Shown piece by piece: positions 25,555-36,900 of a stretch of DNA of 64,000 nucleotides (position 1 is its first letter; each line of letters opens with the position of its first letter). A program made the position numbers and the translations under genes. The notes under the pieces were generated by a model, which was given only the letters and a program-made list of their open reading frames with translations, had not been told where the DNA came from and made no database searches. This DNA is from Takakia lepidozioides (lineage: Eukaryota; Plantae; Bryophyta): contig CM060732.1 of NCBI GenBank assembly GCA_030704615.1, forward strand, positions 59,396,001 through 59,460,000. Reading direction: 5' to 3'.

Positions 25555-25790
25555 AAAAGGAAACACCTTGGGAGCGACAGCTCACAAATCAGGCCCCTTT
25601 ATAGTGAGAGGAGAAAATAACCACTTTCACAGTAACCCTACCATGAGGCGTAGGAAGTAGAGAAATGGGGGCACCGCCCAATGGAAGGGGTAGAGGAGTA
25701 TACCACACCCTCAAAGTAGCATGGTTTGCCCCATAATCATCTGGGGTGGCACTGAGTTTACTAACCAACTTAGGTACTGATTGTTGGCCA
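25555..25790 (-). mobile_element. SINE family A copy
   Basis: Homologous to 44205-44440 (GCTCACAA.TCAGGCCCCTT..GTGAGAGGAGAAAATAACC.CTTTCA.AGTAACC). Confidence 0.65.
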
Positions 25791-25944
25791 TCCTTTAGTT
25801 TCTCAACATTTAGTTTATCTTGATAAAAATACCTCAATTCAACAGCGACATGGCTCCTTTCTAACCTATCTGACCATTTGTTTTTATGGGCAATTGGTGT
25901 AGATTTCAAATAGTTTGGATTCTTAATTTAATGGGCATGTAGCT

Positions 25945-26610
25945 CACTACAAGAGGTGAGCGTTTTTAGGACTACGGCTTTGGCGGAGTCATAAAAACTG
26001 CACTTGACTACAGAGCGCTGAAATGCATTGCAGTCATAGTTTTATGACTTTGTAGTAATGGATATCACTACATGACTCCGGAAAGTTAGGGAGCATTGGT
26101 CAAACATTGTTGACCATGATGACAGGGATGGTTTATATGGACTAGTGTGTGATATGTTTGGACTACACGTGGACGACGTTTCATGGAATCTTATGACTCC
26201 ATGACTGAAGATGGTTTCACAGCTCTATTTATATGACTACATCACTACACGTGTTATTTTGAAGGCATATATAATGCAAATAAGGTTGCCCATTAGGTTT
26301 AAAAAAATTAAAAAATTGCTAATAAGGTTGCCCATTAGGGATTAGGGTAATCGTGAACAGAAAGGAGGGCTGGGACTTGGCCTTTTTTTTGTCTCCTACG
26401 CCACATCACATAGCCGAGGGATGGAACGCGATGATAGTAGGATATGCAGGGGCGTGGGATGGAGGCGTTGAGCAAATGATGCACGAAGGAGAAGAAGAGG
26501 AGGAGGAGGAGACGAGGAGACGAGGAGAAGCGAGCTCGCTGTTCTTGGAAGAGTCAGCTTGGTCTTAGCAGGCGTGTTTCAATCTCTGACTACTCAGCTA
26601 CGCCGTAGTG
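25945..26610. mobile_element. Probable non-autonomous CACTA element
   Basis: Starts CACTACAAGA and has many ATGACT/GACTAC/AGTCAT subterminal motifs. Possible right end GTAGTG at 26605-26610. Flanks are GCT and GTT (one mismatch). Confidence 0.45.
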
Positions 26611-27655
26611 GTTCGTCATTTGCTCATACATCTTGAAAGTCTCACCGCCACAACCATGTTGACCATATCATGTGATCATTGTACTCCAAGAGACCACATC
26701 ATGTGCATCCTTTGTACTCCCCCATTTGGCATACATGTCAGTAAGGCCAGTCTCCATATCTGCTACAATTCCAGTTTTGATGATGAGCATGAACCTCTTT
26801 GCCCTGTTCCAGGACCCCTAGGCTAGCACACACATTGAGCATGCAAATGAAAGTGACCTTGTCGGGTGTCACCCGCTCCTCTATCATTTGTTCGTATTTC
26901 TTGAAAGCATCCCTATCAAACCCATGCTGAGCATATCCTGCAATCAATGCGCACCATGAGAAAACAACCGTTGAGCCATATTGTTGAACACTAGTCATGC
27001 ATATTTCATGCTTCTGCATTTGGCATACATGTCAACAAGGGATGTCTCGAGTATGATATGTCTCGAGTATGATATCTTGCGAGTATGATATCTCGCACGA
27101 TTCCAGATTTGACAAATGTCAAACACTGCCTCTTTGCCCTTTAGGTAAAACAAAGATACACCCCAAGTTGGGATTGTTGGGAACACTGCTGATTTTAGTA
27201 AGACCAAATATGAGGTAATTATATGCAGTTAACTTGAGACTGCAAGCCCATGAGAAGTAAACATGTCGGACCTCACAACCTCAAGGGAAGCCTTCCCAAG
27301 TCTAAGTTTGTTTAAGCTAGGAGTGATGCCGTATCAGCAGAACTGATAGCATTACCAACAAGGGAAAAAGTTGAACTGAACAGAACAACCAGCACACATT
27401 AACTTACCAGGGTGCATGAAATACCTGCCAGTCAAATTGGCACCCACATTCCAGTAGATGGCCAATACGTGTTCCTTGGCCAAGATGCCCCCAGTCTTGC
27501 CAATTCCAGCCCAACTCGTACGCTAGCACACAGATTGAGAATGCAAGTAAATGTCCCCCTGTTAGGCATCACCCCTTCATGTCTCATTTGCTCATAAATT
27601 GTGAAACCCTCCTCAGCATCTCCATGCTTGGCATATGCTGCCATCATCATAGTTC
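26611..27655 (-). pseudogene. PLS-class PPR pseudogene, fragmented
   Basis: MMAAYAKHGDAEEGFTIYEQMRHEGVMPNRGTFTCILNLCAS; ETSLVDMYAKCRS; SWCALIAGYAQHGFDRDAFKKYEQMIEERVTPDKVTFICMLNVCASLGVLEQGKEVHAH. Broken by frameshifts and insertions. Confidence 0.85.
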
Positions 27656-27797
27656 ATGTAAACATATCTCGTTCAGACATCTTAAATTGGAGAACAAACC
27701 CTTACAATCAAAAAATTACCTGCTATATTCTTGGCTTGAAGCTTGGTGGTGTAAATGTGAATTAGAACCATCAACAGACTGTGCTTGATCCTGTATC

Positions 27798-30080
27798 ATG
27801 GCCACTGGTACTAGTTTCATCCAACTAGGGTTTGACCAGCCCTCAAACATGGCCTTAACAACGATGATTGAAGCACAAGTCGACCTCATGGTTGACGGTC
27901 ACGCACAACAAGCCAATGCCAACATGAGTCATGGCAGCCCACCAGCAATTTCTGCCTATGATGCTTCTCAAATGCATGAAAATGCACGGGTGGTCTTGGT
28001 GAATGCGACCATTGGATGGGTGGAAGGGGTGAGTTCTCCACCACAGTTTTGTGTGCCGAATTTGGGTTTGAATAATGAGTTCCAAAAGTCTGTAGAACAT
28101 GTTGCAGCATTATCATGTGGTCCAGCCCTAACTCAATGGAGGGGTGCAGGTGTTCGGAGGGATCAACAACAAGGAGAGGATAATAAAATGCAAGATGAAG
28201 CAGGGGAGGACAGAGTGTATGGAGTACTTCACTAAATCTGAGTACGACAGACTTGTTGTGGAAGCTCATATTGAATGTCGACAAGATGAGTACTTGGGTT
28301 TTGAGAGGCGTCCATTCTTCTACAAGTACTGTGATGCTAATTTCAAGAACAAGAATAGTCTGAGCTACCATCAATTAAGACAATCATGCCCCATGCACAA
28401 AGGGCCTCCCTTGAAGATGTACCCAACATTTTCCCAAGGAGAAAAGGAGGAGTTGAAAATGATTTGCGAGAAGTTAGGTATGAAGCTTCCAAATCAGGAA
28501 AAAATGAAGAGAGAGCCTACAAAAGCGGTGGAGCCATTTCACAGTACCATCAAGAAGCCCTCTGTGGGTAATCAAACACCAGGAGGAAAGAAATCCAATG
28601 CACCTCAGTCCAAGGTATCATTGGCACACGGGACGCTCAAGCTCCCATTTCCTCCTTTATTGCAGGACATACCGAAAAATGGTGGGCAGAACACATGCAC
28701 AATTCAGAACAGTGCACTCTGCGAAATCCCAATGGGGATGAATGTGCAGATAGACCAATCACAGCCAATGATGCTTGAGCGTCCACCTCCCCCTAATTCT
28801 TACAAACAGAAGCCAGTGACTCGGGAAGACATACACTCAAGAGCTCTAGAAACAGCAAATACGTTCACTTTGGGGGGAGAGCTCGATGCTCTTGGTGACC
28901 CACCAAACATGGTTGCCCCTACAAGCTTGTACATTTTATTGTCACAAACCGCAGATATCATGGACCCAAGTATCATCAAGGATCCTGTTGAATGCCTCAA
29001 ACTCTTTGAGGGACATGGAGCGCAATGACAAGCTGGATCCTGGCATACGGAATGCATATGGGACATGATACATGGATCCTGCTGATGTAAGAACCGGACC
29101 TCTTATCTAAGTCCATTAGTCTATTTTGTTGCAAGTGCTTAGAACCATGTTCATTTGTTGGGAGCTTTGTTGACGTAGAAGCAAGGATAGAATGCTAATG
29201 CAACTTTGCCGTTTTTGCAGGGTCCGAGAGGAGAACCAGACCTTGGACTTGTTTAGGCCACTTTGGACAACTTCAAATGCCTATAAAATGGGGAACCTAA
29301 GGTAGAGGCACGAACAATTGAGTTTTACAGGCTTCAGGAGTACCTTATGTTCCTGCAAAACAATGAGTTGTACCAAATTCGAAAAGAGGCTGTAGAACAT
29401 AAACTAAATAGAAGGAGATAAGAGTTTGTTGCAGCGGAGCTTGAGAAATTTGACAATTGTCCGATGTTGGGAGGAGTTGAAGAAGTGGGGTTGGTCCTCT
29501 TTGCATGCAATGCTGAAGGCAAATCCATCGCCTACTGGGCCACAACAGCCTTGGAACCACACAAAGGAAGAGCTTGACATGATTGTCACTACAGCTATGG
29601 AGCAGGTTATCTAGAGGAACTATTGATGTGGAGAAGACATGCCCCCAAATAATGCGAGCCTTGAAATTATTTGTGAAGTTTTCTATGGGGAAGAACCATC
29701 CTCTTGCATGTCCTTTTAGGGGTCTTAGTCGATCTCGCATATTGTCTTACGCTCGAGATGAGAGATTAATTGTGCGCCTATCCATTGCTATTGAAGATTT
29801 GTTGGAGGAGGGCTTTATCTAGTTTCCTCATATGTATACCTCTTGCTCAAGAAAATGGAGAAGAAGCAAGATCTGACCTCGTCGACTTGTTGGGTTACAA
29901 TTTGGCTCAGCCCAACAAGTGGTTGTTGAGAAAGTAATGTCCTTCACTGCTGCCATGGGTCACCGTGCGCTTGGGGACATGGGCCTCCTTGGGTTTCGTG
30001 AAGAGCTCAATGTTTTGTGGTGTGATGTGGGGGATTTGGATGCACAACGTCAAGCATTAACGAACAAGCCTTGGCGGTAA
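27798..30080 (+). pseudogene. Degraded multi-exon gene of unknown function, probably transposon cargo, with a C2H2-like motif
   Basis: Overlapping ORFs 27798-28235 and 28144-29028 suggest a frameshift. YCDANFKNKNSLSYH resembles a zinc finger. There is an acceptor at 29220 and further ORF pieces at 29340-30080. Confidence 0.4.
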
Positions 30081-30292
30081 GGTGGCGTGTGTGCAGGTGT
30101 TGGGGATTAAGGTGTCGTCAATGACCTTATCCGTTTTTTGCAGCAGCAAACCAGATACAGGTAATTCTTGAGGGGTGGCCTTAGAGGAAAAGGCCCGGAC
30201 AGGAGCGAGTTGATGTTGCGGCAGCAAGAAGATCGGGGGATCCCAGCAAAATAACGCGGGCAGCGAGCATATGTGCAGATGGCACCCCTCTC

Positions 30293-31381
30293 GTGGGAAG
30301 AGTTCCCCATCTGGAAGGCGAAGAGAGATTCGGGTCTTGCAGACGGAAATTGGATACCCCTCCCGGATCGGATGCAGACTCCCATAGGGCGGACAGGGTC
30401 AACTTCTCGACGCCACGTGTTCCCTTGGATCAGAGATGGAATTGCGGAACATCCACAGGTGAGGGCCATTCTGCCCCAGACCGGACCCCTACATCAAGCA
30501 TTGTCACTGCAATGGTTAAAGACCAGAACATGGTGCGGCATGTCATAGAGTCCATGTGCTTGGACGAGGTTTGGCATATAGAACGCACAAGTGCTGGATC
30601 GCGTGTGAAATGCGCGGCGATCAGGGCCACCAATCATGAAAAATGTACATCATTAATATCCAGAGGGAAAGAACGCACTGCAGCTCCTACATTCACTAGT
30701 TTGTTTCTTCCTTACGGCCAAGGAGAGGCAAAGAACCACAAGTTTTGGTTTTGCGCTGACGATTGCGGGAGATGTTTGCGTGGGACAGTGAGGCCCTCCG
30801 TGGTGAGGAAGCCTACTCCACCAACCGTGTGGCCTGTGAAGATGGGCACAAGTCTCACTCACCAAGAGATCGCAATGCTCGAAGAGGCGGGTTTCTCCCT
30901 AGCCAGACATTCCATTACACGTGAAGGTGCTTCAAGTACAAGCGGTTCACGGGTACCTCCGCCTGACGCTCTCTTGTGGTCAACCAGACGGAATGGGAAG
31001 CTGGTTCGACGATTCCCTCCAACCGCAGAACACTATGGCAAAATCGAGTCCGCGAGAATGCTTCACGCTCGTGTTGCGGGAACAATGGAAGTGCCTGATC
31101 CAGGGTATGGTCGGGTCTTCACCATGATCTCATCCGCATCTGCGCTACAGGACAAGACGTACGACATCACTGTTTCTAATTTTCCAAATTGTACCTGTCC
31201 TGATTTTGTTGGTATGCTTTCAAGTAGTTTGGGAAAGAGAGGGAAGTTCATACCGTGCAAACACCTTTACTTCATCTTCTTGAGAAGGATGGTTTGTGAT
31301 CCAAAGCGGGACTTTTTCATTCACCAAGCCACTATAAACAAAGAAGTAAATACTGTACTAAACTATGTTGCAGAGCAATAA
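30293..31381 (+). CDS. SWIM zinc-finger protein (ZSWIM2/MEKK1-like SWIM), likely transposon-associated
   Basis: 362-aa ORF with YDITVSNFPNCTCPDF..PCKHLYFIFLR (CxCx(n)CxH) and an upstream Cys cluster (KCAAIR..EKCT..FWFCADDCGRC). Confidence 0.7.
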   Translation: MGRVPHLEGEERFGSCRRKLDTPPGSDADSHRADRVNFSTPRVPLDQRWNCGTSTGEGHSAPDRTPTSSIVTAMVKDQNMVRHVIESMCLDEVWHIERTSAGSRVKCAAIRATNHEKCTSLISRGKERTAAPTFTSLFLPYGQGEAKNHKFWFCADDCGRCLRGTVRPSVVRKPTPPTVWPVKMGTSLTHQEIAMLEEAGFSLARHSITREGASSTSGSRVPPPDALLWSTRRNGKLVRRFPPTAEHYGKIESARMLHARVAGTMEVPDPGYGRVFTMISSASALQDKTYDITVSNFPNCTCPDFVGMLSSSLGKRGKFIPCKHLYFIFLRRMVCDPKRDFFIHQATINKEVNTVLNYVAEQ

Positions 31382-31935
31382 TAAGGTGAGGAAGTATTGC
31401 ACTAAAGTCTATTGTAGAGCAATAGGAGAACCCTCGAGCCCGTGACAAAATCAATATGTGTACATAGTAGTACTTATTAAAAGCTTGACTCTTTGAGTTC
31501 CCAGAACTATGAATGTGTATATATGTTCTGCCCCCAAGTAAACTTATTATGTCATGCCAGTAGATGTGATTATCATGGGCTTTGTTATCTATATACTTAG
31601 CAGGAAGAAGAAGCATGACTCTATTGCATTGCAACAAATAATGTTGTAGAGCATCAGCAAAGAAGTAAGTACTGCACAAACTATGTTGCAGAGCAATAAC
31701 AAATAAGCAAAATACTGCATTACAGTCTATTGTAGAGCAATAGGATAGCCCCCAGAGACCGTGACAAAATCAATATGTGTACATAATAGTACTTATTAAA
31801 AGCCTGACTCTTTGAATTCCCAACACTATGTATTTATAATCTGCCCCCAAGTAAACCTATTATCCAATGCCTGTACATGTGATTATCATGGGCTTTGTTA
31901 TCAATATACTTAACATGAAGAAGAAGCATGACTAT
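31340..31935. repeat. ~320-bp diverged tandem duplication
   Basis: AGAAGTAA.TACTG..AAACTATGTTGCAGAGCAATAA..CGTGACAAAATCAATATGTGTACATA..GAAGAAGAAGCATGACT occurs at about 31340 and about 31660. Confidence 0.85.
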
Positions 31936-32234
31936 ATTGGCAACACCATCACAATATAGCAACACATATAAAATATTCCACATAATCGCACACACAACAT
32001 GAGTACTGTAGCTATATACAATATGAACACACACCAATAATACAATAACATGTAAGAAGTAAACTTGTACTTGACAATACTTTGAGCTTGATATTGTAGC
32101 ATGTGAAGGAAAATACAAATTTCAAAGCAGAACGAAAAACACATGTTCTGGTGTGAATATAACTCCAACAATATGGAGCAACGTCCATGTGCATGCAATA
32201 CAAAAGCTGGCATTGCTAAGGACATATGTTTAGC

Positions 32235-35200
32235 CTATATGAGTATGCGCTTACGAACCCATTCCTGCCGATTGGTGGTCTTGGGTGCAATCCCCTCAAG
32301 AATGCCTCTATGACGTTTCAGTCGCTTGTCACCATCCTCTGCCACTGGGAAAAGTGCTGGTGCTATTGGGTGTTCTACATTTATAATGCCTCTAGCTATC
32401 ATGTCTTGTTGTTTGCCTCTAAGAGCTTTCAAGTCTAACAAGACATGGTCATGCAGTACATCATTTCCATATGCCACTTGCAGTATTTGCTCGAAAACTT
32501 TATGTATGGCCTTCATCTTGTCACACGGTTTTGGGAAATTATCAGGACCTGGAGGACTTTGTTCTATGCTCCGAGGTGTTGCCTGCGAGCCTGCAGTCGG
32601 ATAAACAACATTGTCTCCAACAATTCCCTCATTTTTCATTGGCGTGAGCATGCCTTGATTTGCCATGAGATTCAAACCTCCATAGTCTGTACCTCTTAGT
32701 GCTTGCCAAACGAATTAGTCCTCCACATCTGGGTGCAAGAGCTTGAATACCTTCACAATGTGTTTGCAGATGTATTCCTGTGAGGCAGCAGGACAGTCAC
32801 ATTGGGCCCATTCACTTCTAGGTACGTGCACAGTCCAGACCGGAGGTGGGTTATTTACGGAAGCCACATACATAACATCCTGGTCATCTGCATGAAGCAC
32901 AACATGGCCATCTGGTATGCTTCTTGCACGCAGAACTGCACTACAAACAATACCCTCTTGGCGTTTGTTGCGCACAAAACCAAATGCTTTGCATTGTACC
33001 TGATACCAATAATGTGTGACTACATCACCTACCAACTGATAAATCAACCAATCAACTCGTCGTCCTTCGAACCTTTCTTTGGAAGAGTTGAGAATGGACT
33101 TCAAGTTCCCATGATAAGATTCAATCGCCGCATTTGTGTCTTGACCAGCGTGGGGAATGTTCCTGTTTCCAATGATCCACATGTGACATTTATGGACCCA
33201 ATGTTTATTCATGTACTTCATGAATCGAGCAGCGTCAGGGTACTTGGTAGTCATCTTGGCTAGACGACTCTTGCCCCACTGCACCGCCTTATCGCCAATA
33301 GGTCCAGACTTATCATACATGATATCTCCAAGGTCATGCAAAATTTGTGCTCAAAGTTCTGGAATTACTATTTCTTGATAGCATTTTCTGCCCATGCTTT
33401 ACGCACGTGCCACAGACAAAGGAAAATAGCTGAATTCCCCCAAACCTTGCTACAAAAATTGCAATATAAGTTGTCAATAATTATGGGGTTCAGATTGTGG
33501 TATTGCCTAACACATTTTACACAGCCTTCAAACCATACATGAATGAAAAATGTAGTACAAGACTTTTGCTCTATATATGTGCGCACATATGTTCTGACCT
33601 TATTGTGTTGATTTTAGCTTGAGCATTGTTAACTATAAATGCATTTGGATGCCATGCTGGATCATGCTGGAGCAACCTTGCATTCAATGCTTACATCCAG
33701 GGCTCAAGATCATCCTGGTGACTCCTTCCAGTGATTACATACGCAATTGGAATGTGATTCTGCCACTCATCAGAAACCATAAGGCTGTACAACGGATACT
33801 GCAAAACAAAGGACAATATATGTCAATAACTCAATGATTGCCTATATGTTGCTCATCGCAAATCTGCTTCCACTCAATAAAAAAAATAAAATTGTAAAAC
33901 ATAACCGGATATACACGAACCTTATTCTCATTTTTACCAAATGTAGCATCACAGGACACTGCCCTCAAATGTCCAAACTTGAGCATCATTTCCCTCTGCC
34001 AATTAGTTTGGATACCTATAGTGAAAGGAAGTTCTATAGGAGATGGGACATTCAAATCAAAAGAGAATGTTCTTAATAGAAGAAGACGGACTCTTGATTT
34101 TCCTGCATCCACATACGCACACTCATAGGGTCCTTTGGATGTTTTTGCCACAGCTCTTCAGCTCGTTTGTTGGCACTACAGGAAAAAAAAAAAGGGGGGG
34201 GGGGGGGTTTCGACGTCGCGGCCACGCCGCAGCATCGTAAAACAGCCCTTTTCGGGGAGGGGGGAAGAACCAAATTTGCGACGCCCGTGCGTCGCAAGCC
34301 CGTCGCAAGCCCGTCGCAAGGGCGTCACCAAAAAAACGTCGCAAATTTGCGACCAATATGGGTCGCAAATATGCGAAACCGCGATTAGCGACGTTCGGAC
34401 GTCGGAAAAAGAAAAAGAAAAAAGAAAAAACTACTCTGCAATGCAGAATTAGCACCGACCGGGGGTCGCAAAGTGCGACGCCCGGACGTCACAATTTAAG
34501 GGGTTACATTTGAATTTAGGTGGGAAAATTTGAAATTGAAATTTGAATTTCAAAAACTTGTTGACCATTGATTCCGGCGTTGACCATTGACTCCGGTTCT
34601 GTCTAATGGCGATATGTTCATTGTTCTACATATATCATGCAATGCATACTTGAACCTAAGACCTCCATGTTATAACATTTCTAAAACACTACAAACTAAC
34701 CAACACACCTACGCTACATCTATGTATCACAAAAGCAATCTATATATATATATATATATATATAAATAAAATTTTATTTTTCTTCAAGTTCCTTCCAGTT
34801 CCTTCTAAGGGGGTCTCTCTTGTGACGCCGGGGAGTTGCAACCTCCACAACCTTAGTGCCCAGCCCCAGCCCCAGTATTGTCGCCGTTGTTGCACCCCCC
34901 CCCCCCCCCACCGCCAGGCGCCCCTAACGACGTTCTTGTGATGACCTAAGCTGACCACAACACCATTGCGACCCCCTGTGGCGACGCCATTGCAACCCCC
35001 TGGCATCGCAACGTTGGGCGTCCCAGCGCGGGGCGCCCCCAGCAATGCTTTTGTAAAATTGAGGGCCACAAAGCCCAGAAAAAAACAAAAAAAACAAACT
35101 CCCGCTGTAGTGATGCTGTTGCGACGCCCTAGCATTGCAGAGGCACTGGGGTGCCCTTAATGACGCTTTTGCGACGCCTAGGCGTCGCAACGTCCAAAAT

Positions 35201-36460
35201 AAAAAATAAAAATAAAAATAAAAATTGGATTTCCGACGCTGGGGCGTCGCAAGAAAAAAAATCCGTCGCAGCGAGGGCCTTTTTCCCTCCTTCATGCCAC
35301 CTTACGACGGCTGGCCGTTGTAATGGTGTCACAGCGGGGGATTGCGATGCCGGGGCATCGCAAAAAAGCGCCGCGGGCTCAGTGCCGTGCGGGGCGTGGG
35401 GGCGCGGCTGGCGTCGCAAAATCCCCCCATTTGTTGTAGTGTGGGAGGTTGCGAACGTCACTAGGGAGTACAAAGGTATCCCTATCCACTGGAGCATTCA
35501 ACAAGGCCATCTCCTTAATGCGGGCTTTGTGCTGCGCCAGGACTTGGCTGGTGATAATCCCATTTGAAGTAGAGACATGATGTATTGATTCATGTCATCA
35601 GACAAGTGGACCCCGAGAGAAACACGGAATTGAGCAAATTATGAACCCCCATGACATACTTCTCCATCAATGTTTGCATGCTCCATGTTGTGATATAAGA
35701 TTTCATACAAAATGTTGTCAAGATACAATTGTTTTATACGAAATTGACTTTGACAGCATCATTTAACAGACATGGCTGACATTTTTTTGGTGATCCTCTT
35801 TTTTTTCTCTTGAATCTTTCCATGGTATACTGTACTGGACTGCTCCTGCAGTAGTGCAAGCAGCTGAACTGAATCATATGACAGAATGAACACATAGCCA
35901 TAATATACCAACCTCATTTCTAAAAGTTGAACAGATTGTGTGTGGCAAAATGACCAAAATATGATTATTTGTACAACAGTAAAATATAAATTTGTGTTCA
36001 ACCACAATCTGAGTACATGTGTCTTGGTTTGCAGGACGACCTCTTTCTGCTCTGCTTTTACTTATTTTTTTGATTTTTTCTTCCCTTTAAGTTGAACTTT
36101 CTGTTTTCGCTTCTTTTGTGTAGATATGAGTAGTGTTCTCACATCCTGAACCACCATTTAACTATAGTCTTCAGGGCCATAACAACAACGATATATGTTC
36201 ACAAATTCCAGATTTATAGCATATGCAATATATGTTTGAAAAACAAAGTTTGAGTTCCAAAAATAGTTTTGATAGTGCACTTGATAGCTCACCTCACAAG
36301 CAAAGTGCTACTGTTTGTCGTGGGTGGGTGATAGATCCAGGAGAATTTCTCTTCATGACCTCTTTAATGAAACTAGAAGGAAATTGATGATTGTTCTGCT
36401 CCCCTTCAATAAAATCAGACACACGATCTCATGGTATAATGGCGGTACAAGTGTCTTTGT
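32235..36460 (-). pseudogene. MULE-type DDE transposase with SWIM finger (AT4G13970/AT1G60560-like), intron-containing, disrupted
   Basis: Ordered minus-strand motifs: AIIP*DRVSDFIEGE, YRCCYGPEDY, EHANIDGEVCHG, LLQMGLSP, DRDTFVLPSDVRNL, KDPMSVRMWMQENQESVFFY, PFTIGIQTNWQREMMLKFGHLRAVSCDATFG, FLCLWHVRKAW, GQDTNAAIESYHGNLK, RRVDWLIYQL and CDCPAASQEYICKH. Confidence 0.8.
34174..35441. mobile_element. Non-autonomous CACTA element (1268 bp) inserted in the transposase
   Basis: CACTACA..TGTAGTG termini, perfect 3-bp TSD TGG (34171-34173 and 35442-35444), numerous GCGACGC/GCGTCGC subterminal repeats, internal (TA)n. Confidence 0.95.
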
Positions 36461-36561
36461 ATTGTCCATGTCATACAGTCACATGTGGAGTTCATTGTCG
36501 GTCCACCTTGCTGAAGATACCATCTGGAGGGCTCTGCATCTTAGCCCACATGGAAGCAATA

Positions 36562-36900
36562 CACTACAGGAAAAGGGGGGCATTTGCGACGCCCGAGCCA
36601 CGCCGCAGTGTCGGGAAAACGCCCTTTTCAGGCAGGCGCAGAATTTGCGACGCCTGGCCGTCGTATAGGCGTTGCCAAAATGACGTCGCAAAAATGCAAC
36701 GTATGGGGGTCGCGAGCCCCCGCCCCAACTCCCGCGACTGCCGGACGTCACTTTTCAGGCCGTCCACGCCGATGGCAGGGGCCTCCGTCGAGCGACATCT
36801 CGCCGTCGCGGCCCTCCAGCCGACGGCGTTGGTGGGGGCGCCGGCACGGCGTCGCATCCCTTTTTTTTTCTAACCTGCCCGGGAGTCCCATCATAAAACC
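36562..36900. mobile_element. Truncated CACTA end of the same family
   Basis: CACTACAGGAAAAGGGGGGCATTTGCGACGCC followed by GCGACG repeats; no matching right end seen. Confidence 0.8.

Noticed and set aside
34123-35567. Many 100-140 aa ORFs
   Set aside because: They arise from the GC-rich subterminal repeats of the CACTA element.
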